A stretch of 63,768 nt of DNA, the filler included, from Welwitschia mirabilis (Eukaryota): the NCBI GenBank assembly GCA_051453625.1. It is 6 parts of one record of this genome, joined end to end, with 100 filler letters (N's around TTAATTAATTAA, not from the genome) between each part and the next. Parts side by side here need not be neighbours in the genome. Positions count along the whole stretch, not along the records: positions 1 to 8,052 come from JBOZIK010000001.1; positions 8,153 to 28,707 come from JBOZIK010000001.1; 4 more parts are not named here. One strand, given 5' to 3'. The translations under genes and the position numbers were made by a program. The number at the start of each line of letters is the position of its first letter. Position 1 is the stretch's first letter. The notes under the pieces are model-generated. The model saw only the letters and a program-made list of their open reading frames with translations. It was not told where the DNA came from and did not search any database. This document shows positions 1-13,770 of the stretch, one piece after another.

Positions 1-495
1 AGTAACTGCAACTTAAACATAACTATGTGTTTCTCATTCACCACACTTAAAGTTATTCTCAATGACTCCTACTTATTCTCGACAACCCTCATTACACTGT
101 TAAATTCATATCATGTCTAGTTGATGTCATCCCAACCATGTTAGTGCTACCATTACTAGCTTCAACTTAGTAAAATTCCCAAACTTGCATCCTTCAAAAA
201 AGTAATTTGATTTTGTTCGATGTCAAGAAAGTATGAAAAAGCTTCAGTCTGATCTATTTTAAATTCAATCTAGATCATGACCACTCTTTGATTATGTAGA
301 ATTAATGTAATGCAAATATGAATTTACATCTATATTAAGTAGGTTTAAGATATATAATCCTTGCATTTCCTAATCCTCTTGCATTTTTATGCTTAATTAT
401 CTCTTCTCATCCTTTTCAATTCATGGAAAAATAACTTCATAAAAAGGTTTTCAAAACAAAACTTTAACTTTTGATATCAGAGGTGCGATAAAAAA

Positions 496-1054
496 GACAA
501 GGGTAAACGCATAAAGGGAACTAAAGTAAGCTCCAAGGAGGAAGATCAACCATTACAAGAGGATCAATGATATTCATCAGGATCCTCAACGATCCTCATC
601 CAACCCTCCTTGTGAGAAAAGCAACCATTTTTGCTACAGCACTCTAAAGAGCCTACAGAGAGAATTTTTTGCACTAAGTGCTAAGGAAAAAGACTATTTG
701 AAAAGGCTAAATAGGATAATAGGGGAAATGAATGTCTATTTCAAACAATTGTAAATGATACTTTTTAGAGAGGAGATTAATAAAGAAAGGGATGGAGTGA
801 GTGATAAATGGATAAATCTTCTCAAAAAGATTAAAACTTTCAAGAATCAAAGAGGAAAAAGCAACTAAAGTAAGTGGGTTAGATTTTCAAGAGGACTCTG
901 TTTAATGAAATATTATTGTATAGTACTTCATGAGTTTTATACAAGAAAGTTATGGTCTATGGAATATGAACTAATCTGTGTAAGTCTAGAAGACCATAAT
1001 TACATTTGTACAACTGTTAGAATTAAGAGTACTAATTTTGAATATGAGAAGTAA
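496..1054 (+). pseudogene. Decayed Athila-type additional (env-like/ORF-1-like) ORF remnant
   Basis: Hand translation gives DKGKRIK... and KWVRFSRG..YCIVLHEFYTRK...YICTTVRIKSTNF, resembling the W..F..LV.EFY...VRG pattern of Athila post-pol ORFs. Stops and frameshifts are present; boundaries are approximate. Confidence 0.4.
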
Positions 1055-3247
1055 GGACAGTTATGAAGCACTAAAACTGTAGCACAAGAATCTACAGCTT
1101 TTGCTTTTTTAAGTTTCTTGTACTATGAGTATGCTTTGAGGAGCTTAACCTTCTAAGTAATATAAATATAANNNNNNNNNNTTGTGAACACTCTAGTTGT
1201 TAAGGGATTAATAAAAACTTGATCTTGATGAAACTAATGAAGCTAAATCTTATGTAACAACTTGCTTATTAATGAAGTGTTTTCATTATTTCAATTAAGT
1301 ATTTCCTTAATGAATAGATGTTTTTATCTATCTTTATGTCTACAAATAAATAAGTTAATGGTTAGCATTTTAGCAAGTTACTATATATATTTCATTATTG
1401 TATTTTAGGTACAGGATACCAAGTGGCATAAAGATGAGNNNNNNNNNNNNNNNNNNNNNNNNNNNNNNNNNNNNNNNNNNNNNNNNNNNNNNNNNNNNNN
1501 NNNNNNNNNNNNNNNNNNNNNNNNNNNNNNNNNNNNNNTAGTATGTTAGTAAGTTAGTATATATATTTCGTTACTGTATTTTAGGTACAGGATACCAAGT
1601 GGCATAAAGATGAGATAGAAGGTTGAGAAGCAAATAGCATAATAACCTCAACCATTTTCCTATTCCTAAGGAGTAAAGAATGAAAACTAAAAAAATGACT
1701 AGGGTATAAAAATGTGATTAACAGCAAATGTGGTGATCTTTTTGGCACATAATGTATAGCAATAGATAAGGTAATGAGGTCATGTAAGGGAACGCCAGCC
1801 CACCTGCAAAGGTGTCAACAACACTTTCTCACATTCCATAGTATTACCAGAAAAGGAGAACACACTTGTTAGCTTATCTTTATGTACAATTGGTACTTAG
1901 ACATAAAAGATAAAAGCATTTGAATATCATTTTATGCATCTTTTATTACTTAAAAAACTAATATTACTTCTATCTCACTCCTGTNNNNNNNNNNNNNNNN
2001 NNNNNNNNNNNNNNNNNNNNNNNNNNNNNNNNNNNNNNNNNNNNNNNNNNNNNNNNNNNNNNNNNNNNNNNNNNNNNNNNNNNNNNNNNNNNNNNNNNNN
2101 NNNNNNNNNNNNNNNNNNNNNNNNNNNNNNNNNNNNNNNNNNNNNNNNNNNNNNNNNNNNNNNNNNNNNNNNNNNNNNAATTTTGAACTAAATAGTTAAC
2201 TTATAACTAGTGCTTTAGTAATCCTTCGTGTATTTTTATTTTAATGATGTGTGCTTATTTTAGGTTAATAATAGCACGATTTCTATATTTTCTAGCATTA
2301 TTTATAGTTTCTAATAATATTTTATCATACTTTCTGCATTTATTTTATAACATAAACCACCCATCACACATATACATACATACACACTGCCATTTTGGCA
2401 GGATACCTCATGATTATAATACAACATAATCAATGTAACAATAAATAAATATATAGGATGTCAAAACCAATAGCCTATATTCCATTAATTAAATTTCTAG
2501 TCTTAACAGACATAGTACAATAGAAGTTAAGGGATAAAGACAACTAATTAAATGCTTAATTGTTTTAATTAGCTTCATAGAATAATCACTAATTTAAATC
2601 ATTTTGTATATAAGATAACAAACAATGATTTGAGACATTTAATTCATATGTATGAACTTATAAGAAAATACATTTAAAGATACATATCCAAATGCATTAA
2701 GGCATGCTATAAGTAACTATTCATTGAGAAATATGCTAGACCTACATTATTGTATAATTATGCTATGCATAACATAATTGCATTATTTCATAAAAACACA
2801 GAGAATTACAACTAGGAAATTCAATAACTATTCCTTTTATGATGCTAATATAATAAAACTATTTCTATAAATTAAAATACTTACAATGATAATAAAATTA
2901 TAAAAATGGAATTTAATCATATTATGCCCTATATAATTTATTTACCTCTAAGAGCCATTACAAATTAGTGAATTTGTTTAACTATCTAATCCTTGTATTG
3001 GGTTCAAGGTAGTTTCCACTTTATCATTATAGTTTCTATTATCAACATCTCCTAAAGTCATTTTACTTAATCAATATTCTTATTAAGCAAAGCTAATATT
3101 AACACCATAATTATTTATCCCAAGGGTAGACCTTCCACATTAAGAGACTAATATTTATATCAAAGGCTATTAATTGTAATTATTATTTATCTAGTTTAAT
3201 ACCTTAAACTATTTCATTATATATAATTATATTTTAATATGTATATC

Positions 3248-4574
3248 TATTGCAATGTGTATTTGTAAAAAATGTTATGTTCTCAAAAAATCCTTAAAAT
3301 CATCAATATACATATATATTGCATAATACAACACACTAATATAGATGGGAGTGACTCAAATGTCATAATTCCCAATTGATTTCAAATGGAATAGTTATGT
3401 AATCTCTAAGTACAATAATAATAATGTAAAGTAATAATGCAGATAAACATTCTATGAAAATGAGATCCAAGTTCTATTCTACATTCAATATCTATCTAAT
3501 TACCAANNNNNNNNNNNNNNNNNNNNNNNNNNNNNNNNNNNNNNNNNNNNNNNNNNNNNNNNNNNNNNNNNNNNNNNNNNNNNNNNNNNNNNNNNNNNNN
3601 NNNNNNATCATAAAGATCGGCCCTGTATAATCTAGATCAATTAAGGAAAGCCATTACTAGATCAAGACCAACCTAAGCTATCAAGTGCATCAAGTAGAAT
3701 ATGAAAAAAATGTAATCTAAGAAATAAAATGCAATGCACTTAAGATAATAATGTTAATCTTAGTAAACGTTTCCCTCATGATCTATATCACAGATGAAGC
3801 TATTATGAAATTAGAAGCAACATAAACCATAAGAAATATGCACATAACAAATGATATGAAAAGGAAAATAGAGTTTTGATTAAGTTAAACAAAAAATTCA
3901 TGTTACAAAGTAGTAACACATTATTGAAATATAGGCAATTCAACACCAAGAAAGACATCTCTCTACAATAACAAAAGATGGACCTCCTACCCTTTAATCT
4001 CCTATCATGAGAATTTTTAGTGTAAAAAAAAAATGAAAATGGAATCAAGGGTAGAAGAGGTATATATTACAAAATAGACTGTAAAATCAGCAAATACTAA
4101 TAGATGTAGTAATAATCCTACCAGCTATGCAAGAATGTGTAAGACATATAGTCAAAGTTTAATGAAGTTTGGTAAATCATTATGTTTAGGTGTCATCCTA
4201 TTGGTCACCTAAATGTCATAGGAGATGATGCCACATTATACAAGTTTAACATTAGCTACTAGATTCATCGAGAAGCATCCTCCTTAGCTAAAGTACCTCT
4301 ATTGTCTATACAGTCATCTAGACAATGAGGTGGATGATGAAATTTTATAAAGTATTTCTTGTGTTAGGTTAGCACTTTTAATTGTAGGATTGCTACCTTA
4401 GATAGGAAGTATTGTAAATTACTTTAAATGCTATTAAATGTAATGAAGATTACATGTGTTTGTGACATTTACCTTAGCTCTCCATTATGAATAAACCTCA
4501 ACATAAACCTGTCTAATACCCTATAAAACTACTTAAGATACCCTATCAAATATAAATAATTTGGTAATATAATA
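3248..4574 (-). mobile_element. Athila-like solo LTR with 5-bp target-site duplication ATATC
   Basis: Reverse-complement similarity to the LTR at 35601-37137. Termini are decayed TGTTG..CAACA (TATTG at 3248, TAATA at 4574). ATATC occurs at both 3243-3247 and 4575-4579. No internal domain lies between the ends (one gap inside). Confidence 0.75.
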
Positions 4575-5155
4575 ATATCATATAAAATCATGATCCATAG
4601 TGCACACTTTGTCATATGACTTACATTAATTATACCTAACTAATTATATTTTACTACTACTTATTGGAAATATTCTTATAGCATGACATAAAGCGTATGT
4701 AATGTAAAGATTAGAATGCTAACATATTACCAAAAGGCATATAGTGACACTATTGTACAATAATATGGAAAGCAAAAGAAATTAGAAAAATTGTATCATC
4801 TAATTGAGTATGTTTGTAGTTAATGAGGACTAATCATCTCTCTAACATTTTATATCTTACATAAAATTATGTTTAAGGATGGACTCTTTATCTAGAAATA
4901 GACTTGGAAACTCACCTTTAAATTTTCATTATTATTTATAGTCAAATTTTATCTTATGTTTGGAAGATGTGAAGCCTTAAGCATAATANNNNNNNNNNNN
5001 TTGAGTGGTCATGGTAGTTGTGCTTTAATGGAAAGGTATAATAACTAAAATGTTGGATTTGATATCCCTCTTATACTTCAATACATGTCAAGGTGATAAA
5101 CAAATATGTCTCTCCTTTATAATATATATGTAATACTATGCATATGAGAGAACTT

Positions 5156-5258
5156 AATATAATATAATATAATATAATATAATATAATATAATATAATAT
5201 AATAGAATGTAACATAACATAACATAACATAACATAACATAACATAACATAATACAAC
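5156..5258. repeat. Compound pentanucleotide microsatellite (AATAT)n-(AACAT)n
   Basis: Directly visible: a run of AATAT units switching to AACAT units. Confidence 0.95.
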
Positions 5259-5349
5259 ATTATACATATGTATCATGTAATATAATACATATGTTATCTA
5301 TGTAGTATAATAATATAATATTAATAGATTAAAACATAATAATAAATAG

Positions 5350-7560
5350 TTGGACTACAACTATGAAACTTATTATATATATTCATGATAATAATGTTGA
5401 CAATTTTTATTCAATTAATTGAATAGGTTCATATTACGTATGAGAGCCCTCATTATAATTCTGCACTATAAGAGTCACTCATAAATTCACAACTATATAA
5501 TATATCCACATTATTTTATTATGTAATCATATTAACACCATTATTGCTTGGTGATACCTTTGGGTTTTATTTTCATATTGTTGTCCAATTAGTAAGTGGC
5601 TAAAATACAAGTTTTACTAAGGATGCATTATAATATGACATTAAGCAATGGTGTCACCAATCAATATTAAAAAGCCTTTTATTTTAATATAAGAAATAAT
5701 CATATTTAAAATATTAATATAATCTTAAAAATTTAGGCTAAGATTTTATTAGTTGTTTTAGCTCTTGTATTACATGTTTCATGTTCAAAATAAATATAAA
5801 ACCTTCCATAAATAAATTTAATTATATCCCCTTTGAGACCTAAACTATTGCCAAGGATTTTAAGCATGAAATTAATATTGCTATCATTCCATAGATTCTT
5901 GTGCTTGCTAAGGAAATAGTTAACATGCTGCAAATTTGCAATATGGAAAATATATTGACATGCATGTAAAGATTGTAAAGACATAAAATAAGTATCAAGT
6001 ATCTAGAATAACCAAAATACAAGATGTGCAACAAATATTCCCTAGGAACTAGTCATATCCATTCAACCAATAAGGAAGGTATTTAAGTAAGCACGTTTTT
6101 ATTTATTCATCTATATTATTTTTTTTGTATTAGATTTATGTAAGTATTTTATAATTATACATAAAAGATATAAAATATAGTTAATTCATTATCTCAAATC
6201 ATGAGGACTTATTATTTGATTTGGATGCTAAATGTTTGCCTATGTTTTTGGTTTACTTACACTGCAAGTCTAAAGATTTTTCAAGTAAATGCATATGTCT
6301 CTAGAGTGGAATACATAACTTAAAACCAAAGGATTTGTATTTAATAAGGCTCCAATATACTTTCATAATTAATCACTAACCAAAATTTTAGCATACAAGC
6401 CCTATAATTATTTTATTTCTACAAAATCAATTTAAATTTATTAAAAAGATACTTTAATGAATTTTATTGAATTTGATTTAAAATATTTTTCCTTATAAAA
6501 TAGTTGACAAAGTCAAAGATACACTAACATTTGCAACCTACAAATGACAATCAATCAAATGAAATCTACATGTGAAAATGTTAATAAAAAGATAGAATGC
6601 AAGTAAACTTGAATATCTATACTTTCTACTAGTTTCAGGTCATGCTCAGATGATCCAACTTTGCATGACATCCCTAAACTTGAAATTAATCTTTTTTATT
6701 TCTGTCATCAAGTTTTTATTTAAGGCCTTATGTTTCTATGGTAGCTAAGAGTGATATAAATATAAAAAATGATGGAAGCGAAGAGTGGTTTAGCATTGTA
6801 ATGAAGGAAATTATGCATGACACCATATGAGACTAGTTCATTTCTAGATGCACTTTAATATCATTAATTATCTTAAATTCCTTAATAGACATTGTCTTAT
6901 CTAGTATAGCAATCACGTTCAAAGGTCCATATGTAGAACCTTTGAACAAAATAGATGCATCATGTCCCTTGATGAAGTAATCCTAGTAAAACAAGCTCAA
7001 AAGCTTCATGACATTATAACCATTTTCTTTCACAAAATAAGTGTCTCTTGATATTATGATGCCCTCTGCCTATAGATATATCTTATCATAGAACATGTAA
7101 TTGAGGTTGGGAATAGGTTAAAAAAACACAGTTGACCTTTCACTTTAAAATAAAGTTATATTTTACTTCTAATGCTAGCCTTGCATTTGTTAGAACAATC
7201 GTAGCTATAAGAAAGAATAATGCTACATTTACTATGTTATTTCTCATGCTATTTATAGGAATATATATATAAAAATGTAGATGTGCTTGCATACTATTAT
7301 TTGTTAAAGAGAGCGATGGTCATTAAACAGATGAGGTCTATTCTTTATGGACATGTTCATTCTGTGGATCCATTACAAAATGATTCAACATTAAAATGAC
7401 ATAATCTTTACTAATATGCAATGCATTTTCCCTTTAAAGCTTCATAAGACAAAACCATAATAGCATTTTCCATAAAACAAAAAGTGGAGTATACAAAATC
7501 TGTGGGTAAAGATGAAATATTATCATTGAGCATAATTCTTACCATCCTTTATTTTTCTAT
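5350..7560 (-). pseudogene. Very degenerate Ty1/Copia RT-RNaseH remnant
   Basis: Minus-strand fragments occur in Copia order across several frames: KGKCIA..NVESFCNGSTE (cf. PGKKPIGCKWVYKVK..DGS.ER), LEVKYNFI (cf. LDVKNAFL), SQPQ, FIKGHDASILF, GFLILIGDTIA (cf. GY..FLG..LISW), NKFHS (cf. NPVFH). The match is weak. Confidence 0.3.
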
Positions 7561-8004
7561 TCCATTACATCTACAGATGAGTGATACCCTATCGCATGGA
7601 TAGTAATCATTATATTGTTGNNNNNNNNNNNNNNNNNNNNNNNNNNNNNNNNNNNNNNNNNNNNNNNNNNNNNNNNNNNNNNNNNNNNNNNNNNNNNNNN
7701 NNNNNNNNNNNNNNNNNNNNCCATAGATGCTTGTGCTTACTAAGGAAATAGTTAACATGCTGCAAATTTATAAGATGGAAAATATATTGAGATGCATGTA
7801 AAGATTGTAAAGACATAAATAAGTATCAAGTATCTAGAATAACCAAAATATAAGATGTGCAACAAATATTCCCCAGGAACTAGTAAAATCCATTCAACCA
7901 ATAAGGAAGGTATTTAAGTAAGCATGTTTTCATTTATTCATCTATAGTATTTTTTTATGTATTAGGTTTATGTAATTCTTTTATAATCATACATAGAAGA
8001 TATA

Positions 8005-8052
8005 TGTAACACCCCAACTTTAATTACCCTAATTAACCATAATTTTTTTTTT
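8005..8052. mobile_element. LTR retrotransposon terminus (TGTAACACCCC), truncated by the scaffold end
   Basis: TGTAACACCCC is a typical chromovirus (Tekay/Del) LTR end. It begins exactly where the duplicate 7721-8004 stops matching its counterpart ending near 6172. Confidence 0.6.
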
Positions 8053-8152
8053 NNNNNNNNNNNNNNNNNNNNNNNNNNNNNNNNNNNNNNNNNNNNTTAA
8101 TTAATTAANNNNNNNNNNNNNNNNNNNNNNNNNNNNNNNNNNNNNNNNNNNN
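8053..8152. other. Artificial contig-joining linker N44-TTAATTAATTAA-N44
   Basis: Exactly 44 N, a 12-mer giving stops in all six frames, then 44 N. The same structure recurs five times. Confidence 0.97.
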
Positions 8153-10112
8153 TGGGATAGCAAGACTATTCAATTTGAATTACCAAATCTTTAATAACAC
8201 CTATTACTTTCTTAATTGAAGTATTCACTAATTCTAAGACAATAAAAGTAGGCTCTATTCTATCCTCCAAACCAAGTCTCTTACAAATGGGAAGTGGCAT
8301 AATATTAACACTTACTCTAATGTCAATTAAAAATTTCCTGATCTTTTTATTTCCTCTATACTATAGCTACTTCTAGATCTTTAAAATTGGATGATTTTTA
8401 TAACACTAAATTTGGAAGGGATTGGGCAAAAGAAACCTTATAAGAGATAACTTATTTATGTTTTCTTATTATTAGGTCTTTTCATAATTTTGAGTACCCT
8501 GAATTTTCTTGTAAAAATTTCCAAAAGGGTAAATTTATGCTTATATTTTTAATCAAGGCTTTTAAATATTCATTGAAATATGAATTGTTGTGAAGCTATC
8601 CATTCAATGAGTGGTTTTTTAAGAAGGATTTTTCTTTTTATTTTTGCTAAAAGAAGGAAAGTTATAATCTTCTAATATCTTCTTCTTCATCATTTCTAAA
8701 GTTATTTCGAGAGGTGGAAGGTTTACATGAAAGAGGATTTGTTTCTTATCCACTTCTTGTAACAACCTTACAATCTTTTCTTAGTTCATTTGGATTTGGT
8801 AAAGGTTGTATTGCTAAAGTTCTTTGAGGTCTTTGGTTTGCCAACATTATTTGTTAAAGNNNNNNNNNNNNNNNNNNNNNNNNNNNNNNNNNNNNNNNNN
8901 NNNNNNNNNNNNNNNNNNNNNNNNNNNTTTCCATGTTGGTATTTGATCTTTTAAAGTTGGTATTTTATCTTTTAAAGTTGGCATTTTGTTTTCTAATTTC
9001 ATCCACAAGGTTTGTGATTGGATCATTTGGATATTAGTAGTTGGATGAACTTGGTGGGTAGTTTGAATTTTCGAATTGTTTCTAAAAGGCTAAGAATTAT
9101 ATTGAAAATGAGTGTCTAATATTTGTTGTGCTTGATTTTGGTATTGAAAGTTTTGAGATGGTTGGTTGAAAGCACAAATGTCTTTTCATATTAATTCTTT
9201 GTATGTTGGTAAAAGAGGACAATTTTTAGTAACATGATAATTATCCTCACATAAATCATAAGTTTGCATAACATTTCTATTGGTTGTTGATTTGGCATCT
9301 AAAATCATTTCCATATACTTCTCCAAAGTTATTATAAAATTTTTCATGGAATTAATAGGATTGAATTCTACCTCCTTTTATTATTTCACCTCTTTTAAGT
9401 CTTTGAGGAGTTAACCTACTATTTGATTCTTTTTAGGAATTGACCAAGCCTAACTTACTTTCATAAGTTCTTTTAGTTTTATCCAGGCATCATGTAATGT
9501 AAGGTTCATAAGGTTCTTACTACAAGAAAAATTTACAAGTTGTTTTGTGTGGGGAATTAATCCACTATAAAAATGGTCTAGTTTTTCTATTCTTGAAAAG
9601 GCATCTACTAGATTGGAGTGGATTGCTATAAAGAAATGTTTAAAAGTAGAGGAATAATCTACATTTGGTTTTTATTAAATGTTTATTACCTCTTTTTTTT
9701 CTTTTTCTTATAGTTTATTCACTTATAAATCTCTTTACAAAGGTTTCCTGGACTTGATCCCATGTTCTTAAGCTTTTATAGGGTATAGGTTTTAGCCAAA
9801 GTTTTGCCATATAATTTAATGTCATGAAAAAGATTACCATATATATTCTATCTGTTTTTTTCCTTCCCATTTACTAAGGTAAGTGTTAGTTATTCAATAC
9901 TTGCAATGTGTTAAAAGGGGATTCTCATTATTTTCTCCACTAAAAGTTAGGTAGTTATGTAAATTTTTAAGCTCAACATTTTCTATTGGGGGTAGGTTAA
10001 AAGGTGTTTGAATTTCTCTTTTTTAATTTTCTAATAATTCCCTCAGGGTAAGGTTTGCATTAGGAGTAGAAGATCCTACAACTTTGTTTTGCTTACTAGA
10101 GTCACTTTACAT
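8153..10112 (-). pseudogene. gag: Decayed gag and aspartic protease
   Basis: Minus translation: ANLTLRELL..EIQTPFNLPPIENVELKNL..TFSGENNENP (gag) and LIDIRVSVNIMPLPICKRLGL..VIKDLVIQIE (cf. Athila protease LxDLGASVNIMP). Many stops. Confidence 0.85.
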
Positions 10113-11426
10113 TGTGAATTGGTTTTCTCATTCTATAGGGTTTTGTCAAGAAAATCTAACTCGAAAAAAAAAAAAAATCAAAAGAAGGTTTGAGTGCATC
10201 TAGCGATCACTTTTCTGATTTGTTTTCTATATCCAACAGTTCTTCTTTGATGTTCTTTTTATTAGTATCTTTTCTCTTTGATATCTCTTTTCTATGTTAA
10301 CCATATCACGACATCCTATAAATAGAAATTAATAAAAAATAAATTTAAAAAAAAACTATTGTTCTGTTTGTCATAAGAACAACAAAAGGGATGACACACA
10401 TAGAAACCAGAATAAAAGAAATAGAACAAAAACCAAAATAGGAAGCAGAAAACATAGAAAATAGGGTTGTTGTTCTCCTGGTTACCCAAATGTCATAGGA
10501 GATGACAAAAACTAATTTATTGTAGAAAAATCAAAATTTGAAAATAAAATTAAAAATAAAAAGTATAAACTATCATCCTACTTATGATGCTAATGACAAA
10601 GGGGATAATCACAAATTTTTATAGAAAATTAAAATCAAAAAAAAAAAAACAAAACCAAAATACTATACATATAAAACCTACAGCTCCTAGTAAAATACAA
10701 TGTTGCATAGATAAATAACTAAANNNNNNNNNNNNNNNNNNNNNNNNNNNNNNNNNNNNNNNNNNNNNNNNNNNNNNNNNNNNNNNNNNNNNNNNNNNNN
10801 NNNNNNNNNNNNNNNNNNNNNNNAAAAAAAAAAATTTAAAAAGAGGTTTGAGTACACTTGGAGATCATTTTTCTGATTCGTTTTCTATATCCATCAATCC
10901 TTCTTTGATGTTCTTTTCTATTAGTAGCTTTTCTATTTGTTATCTCTTCTCTATGTTGATCATATCATAGCATACTACAAATATCGAGTAACAAAAAATA
11001 GATCTAAAATAATAAACTATCATCCTATCTATCATGGGACGATAGAAGGAATGACACACATAGAAACTAGAAAACTAGAAACAGAGCAGAAACTGAAATA
11101 GGAAGTGGAAAACACACAAATAGGATGTCATTGTCTTAGTCATCTAGATATTATAGAAGATGATAGAAACTAATTTATTTTAGAATAAAATTATAATCTA
11201 AAAATAAAACCGAAAGTAAAAATAGAACACTGTCATCCAGATTGTCATGGAAATGATAGAGGGGATGACCACTCTTTTTCTATAGAAAGCTGAAACTAAA
11301 ACTCAAAAACTACACATAGAAAACCTATAGCTCCTAATAAAATACAACATCACATAGATAAATAAATAAATAGAGGTATGATATACTCATCTAAATGATG
11401 AAATTTCTTGTACTTCTTAATAGCCT

Positions 11427-11444
11427 TTCCCAGCAATGGCACCA
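11427..11444 (-). promoter_or_regulatory. Primer-binding site, Athila-type (tRNA-Asp)
   Basis: The minus strand reads TGGTGCCATTGCTGGGAA, a mostly CpG-deaminated version of TGGCGCCGTTGCCGGGGA, immediately after the LTR end. Confidence 0.8.
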
Positions 11445-12533
11445 AAACATTGCGATGTTTATTTGTACAAGCTTTTATATTTAAAGAGATCCTGTCATTT
11501 ATCACTAAAATAGATATCTTACATAATACATCACATTAGTATAATGAGAGTTAATTCAAAATGTCATATCCACATTGAAGTCTATGAGTATGAGACTTAT
11601 ATTGCTTCACAAAATAATAGGAACTAGAAAATAAATAATAATGCAAAAAATAAAAGTACAATTAAAAATGCAATATGCAATTCAAACTAATATGCAATGC
11701 AAAGATAACCTTAATTCTACTTGTTTTTAGTCTTAACAAAGGCCATCCTTGATGATCTATGTCACCTAAGAAATTATCACTAAATCAAGGGAAATCATAA
11801 AATATAAGGGTAATTAAAAGACCTAAGATGTAAATATGAAAAGAAAACCAAGTTTTGTATTAAAATAGTAATAACATCTGAGTTACAAAACAGCTGGGTC
11901 TCAATGGAGGATACACAGCCCTCCACCAAGTGCATGTCTTTCTNNNNNNNNNNNNNNNNNNNNNNNNNNNNNNNNNNNNNNNNNNNNNNNNNNNNNNNNN
12001 NNNNNNNNNNNNNNAAGAAGAGTTAAAGGAGGGTTTATTTATAATAACATACAACAAAAAAATACAAATGGTAGGTGTAGAAAGGCACGCTCTTTTACAA
12101 CTTAGAAATAGATGAAACGGTCAATGGAAGTTATCAAATTTAATTACATGTTAGCATCGTCTGGATTGTTGTCTAGATAATAAGAGGGATGACAAAACAT
12201 TATAAAATATAATTTGATTGATGACTCATTGGTGATTCAGTGGTCCACATCAGCAGTTATCATCTTGCATATCATGGGAATAACAAAGGGGATGATGGAC
12301 TTCTTTGATAATTTCATTTGAAGAGAGCTTAGCATTTTTGTTATTAATCCTTCTTCAAAGCTCTATGCATCATAAAGTGCCTTTAATACATCAAATTTGG
12401 ATAAGAATTGCACATTTTTAAGATTTCCTCTGGTATCTCCAAAAATCATTAGAATTGCACCTAAATGTATATCAAAGCCCTACAAAAAAACTCATAAAAG
12501 CCCATCAAATAACCTTAAATTGGTAGCACAACA

Positions 12534-13770
12534 ATGATCAAAATAAAAATGCAAATAGAAAAATCAAGAAAATGCTTCAAAAATTAGTCTCTGTTAATAA
12601 GAAAACTTGGTCCTCTAAAATTAATGATGTTCTTTAAGCTTATCATACTACTTGGTGTAACTCTCTAGGTTTCTCACCCTATAAACTTATGTACAACAAA
12701 GTGTATGTATTACCAGCTGATGTTTGCTATAATTCTTATTAATTCATCCATCAACTTAACCTTGTAGACTTGAATAACAATCTTAAAATGTCATTAGCCC
12801 AACTAAACCATTTAAATAGAAAATGTACTCATGCCTTACATCGTCAACTCATTCATGAAACTCAAGCCAAGTTTAGACATGATAAAAAGATTATTCATAA
12901 ATAGTTTGAACCTGGTTAACTTATTCTTTTGTATAATACTTGAGTACACTTTTTACATAATAAGTTAACTTCTAAATAGTTAAGTCCTTATATTATCTAA
13001 GAAGNNNNNNNNNNNNNNNNNNNNNNNNNNNNNNNNNNNNNNNNNNNNNNNNNNNNNNNNNNNNNNNNNNNNNNNNNNNNNNNNNNNNNNNNNNNNNNNN
13101 NNNNAAAAACTATAAAAGCCCATCAAATAATCTTAAATTGCCAGCGCAATAATGATCAATCTAAAAATGCAAATAGAAAAATCAAGAAAATGCTTTAAAA
13201 ATTAATCTCTGTCAATAAGAAAACTTGGTCCTCTAAAATTAATGATGTTCTTTAAGCTTACCATACTACTTGGCATAACTCTTTAGGTTTCTCACCCTAT
13301 GAACTTATATACAATAAAGTGTGTGTATTACTAGTTGATGTTTGCTATAATTCGTATAAATCTATCCATCAAATTAACCTTGTAGACTTGAATAATGATC
13401 TTAAAATGTGATTAGCCCAACTCAACCATTTAAATGAAAAATGTACTTATGCCTTACATTGTTAACTCATTCATGAAACTTAAGCCAACTTTAGATATGA
13501 TAAAAAGTTATTCATAAATAGTTTGAACCTAGTTAACTTATTATTTTGTATAATACTCAAGTACACCTTTTACATAACAAGTTAACATCTAAATGATTAA
13601 GTCCTTATATTATTGAAGAAGTATACTTAAATGGCTCAGTTAAAATCTTCAATCTAAATACTAGAGAAATCCAAAAGGTTAATGGACAAAGGTTAAAACT
13701 TTATGAGTAACCTCTTGATGAAAATTTGAATATGATAGAAGCTCTTGTTTTGGAATCCCCTCTTCATTAG
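12534..13770 (+). pseudogene. pol: Gypsy integrase C-terminal half; first part present twice (12534-13004 and from ~13150)
   Basis: ANRKIKKMLQKLVSVNKKTWSSKINDVL*AYHTT..SLGFSPYKLMY..LP, then KLTSK*LSPY..KVNGQRLKLY (cf. NREIKRILEKTV..KDWS..DALWAYRTA..GMSPY and the GPY/F module). Confidence 0.9.

Larger units (their letters stand above)
8153..12533 (-). mobile_element. Athila-like Ty3/Gypsy element, 5' part (LTR 11448-12533, PBS, 5'UTR, gag, protease)
   Basis: The LTR starts TGTTGTGCTACCAA on the minus strand at 12533. It is followed by a PBS and a gag-PR region homologous to 40051-42050. Confidence 0.85.

Noticed and set aside
1380-1614. Short direct repeats flanking 100-N gaps (also 28165/28364, 49570/49740, 58060/58209, 60808/61174) as true tandem duplications
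   Set aside because: Their systematic position at gap edges indicates unmerged contig overlaps or alternate haplotypes.
7400-7560. Receptor-kinase subdomain I-like GKCYYGFVYEA on the minus strand
   Set aside because: No HRD/DFG motifs follow, and the surrounding fragments fit a decayed Copia RT better.
8097-8108. TTAATTAATTAA as a biological palindrome or conserved site
   Set aside because: Always centred in exactly 44+44 N, so it is an assembly linker.
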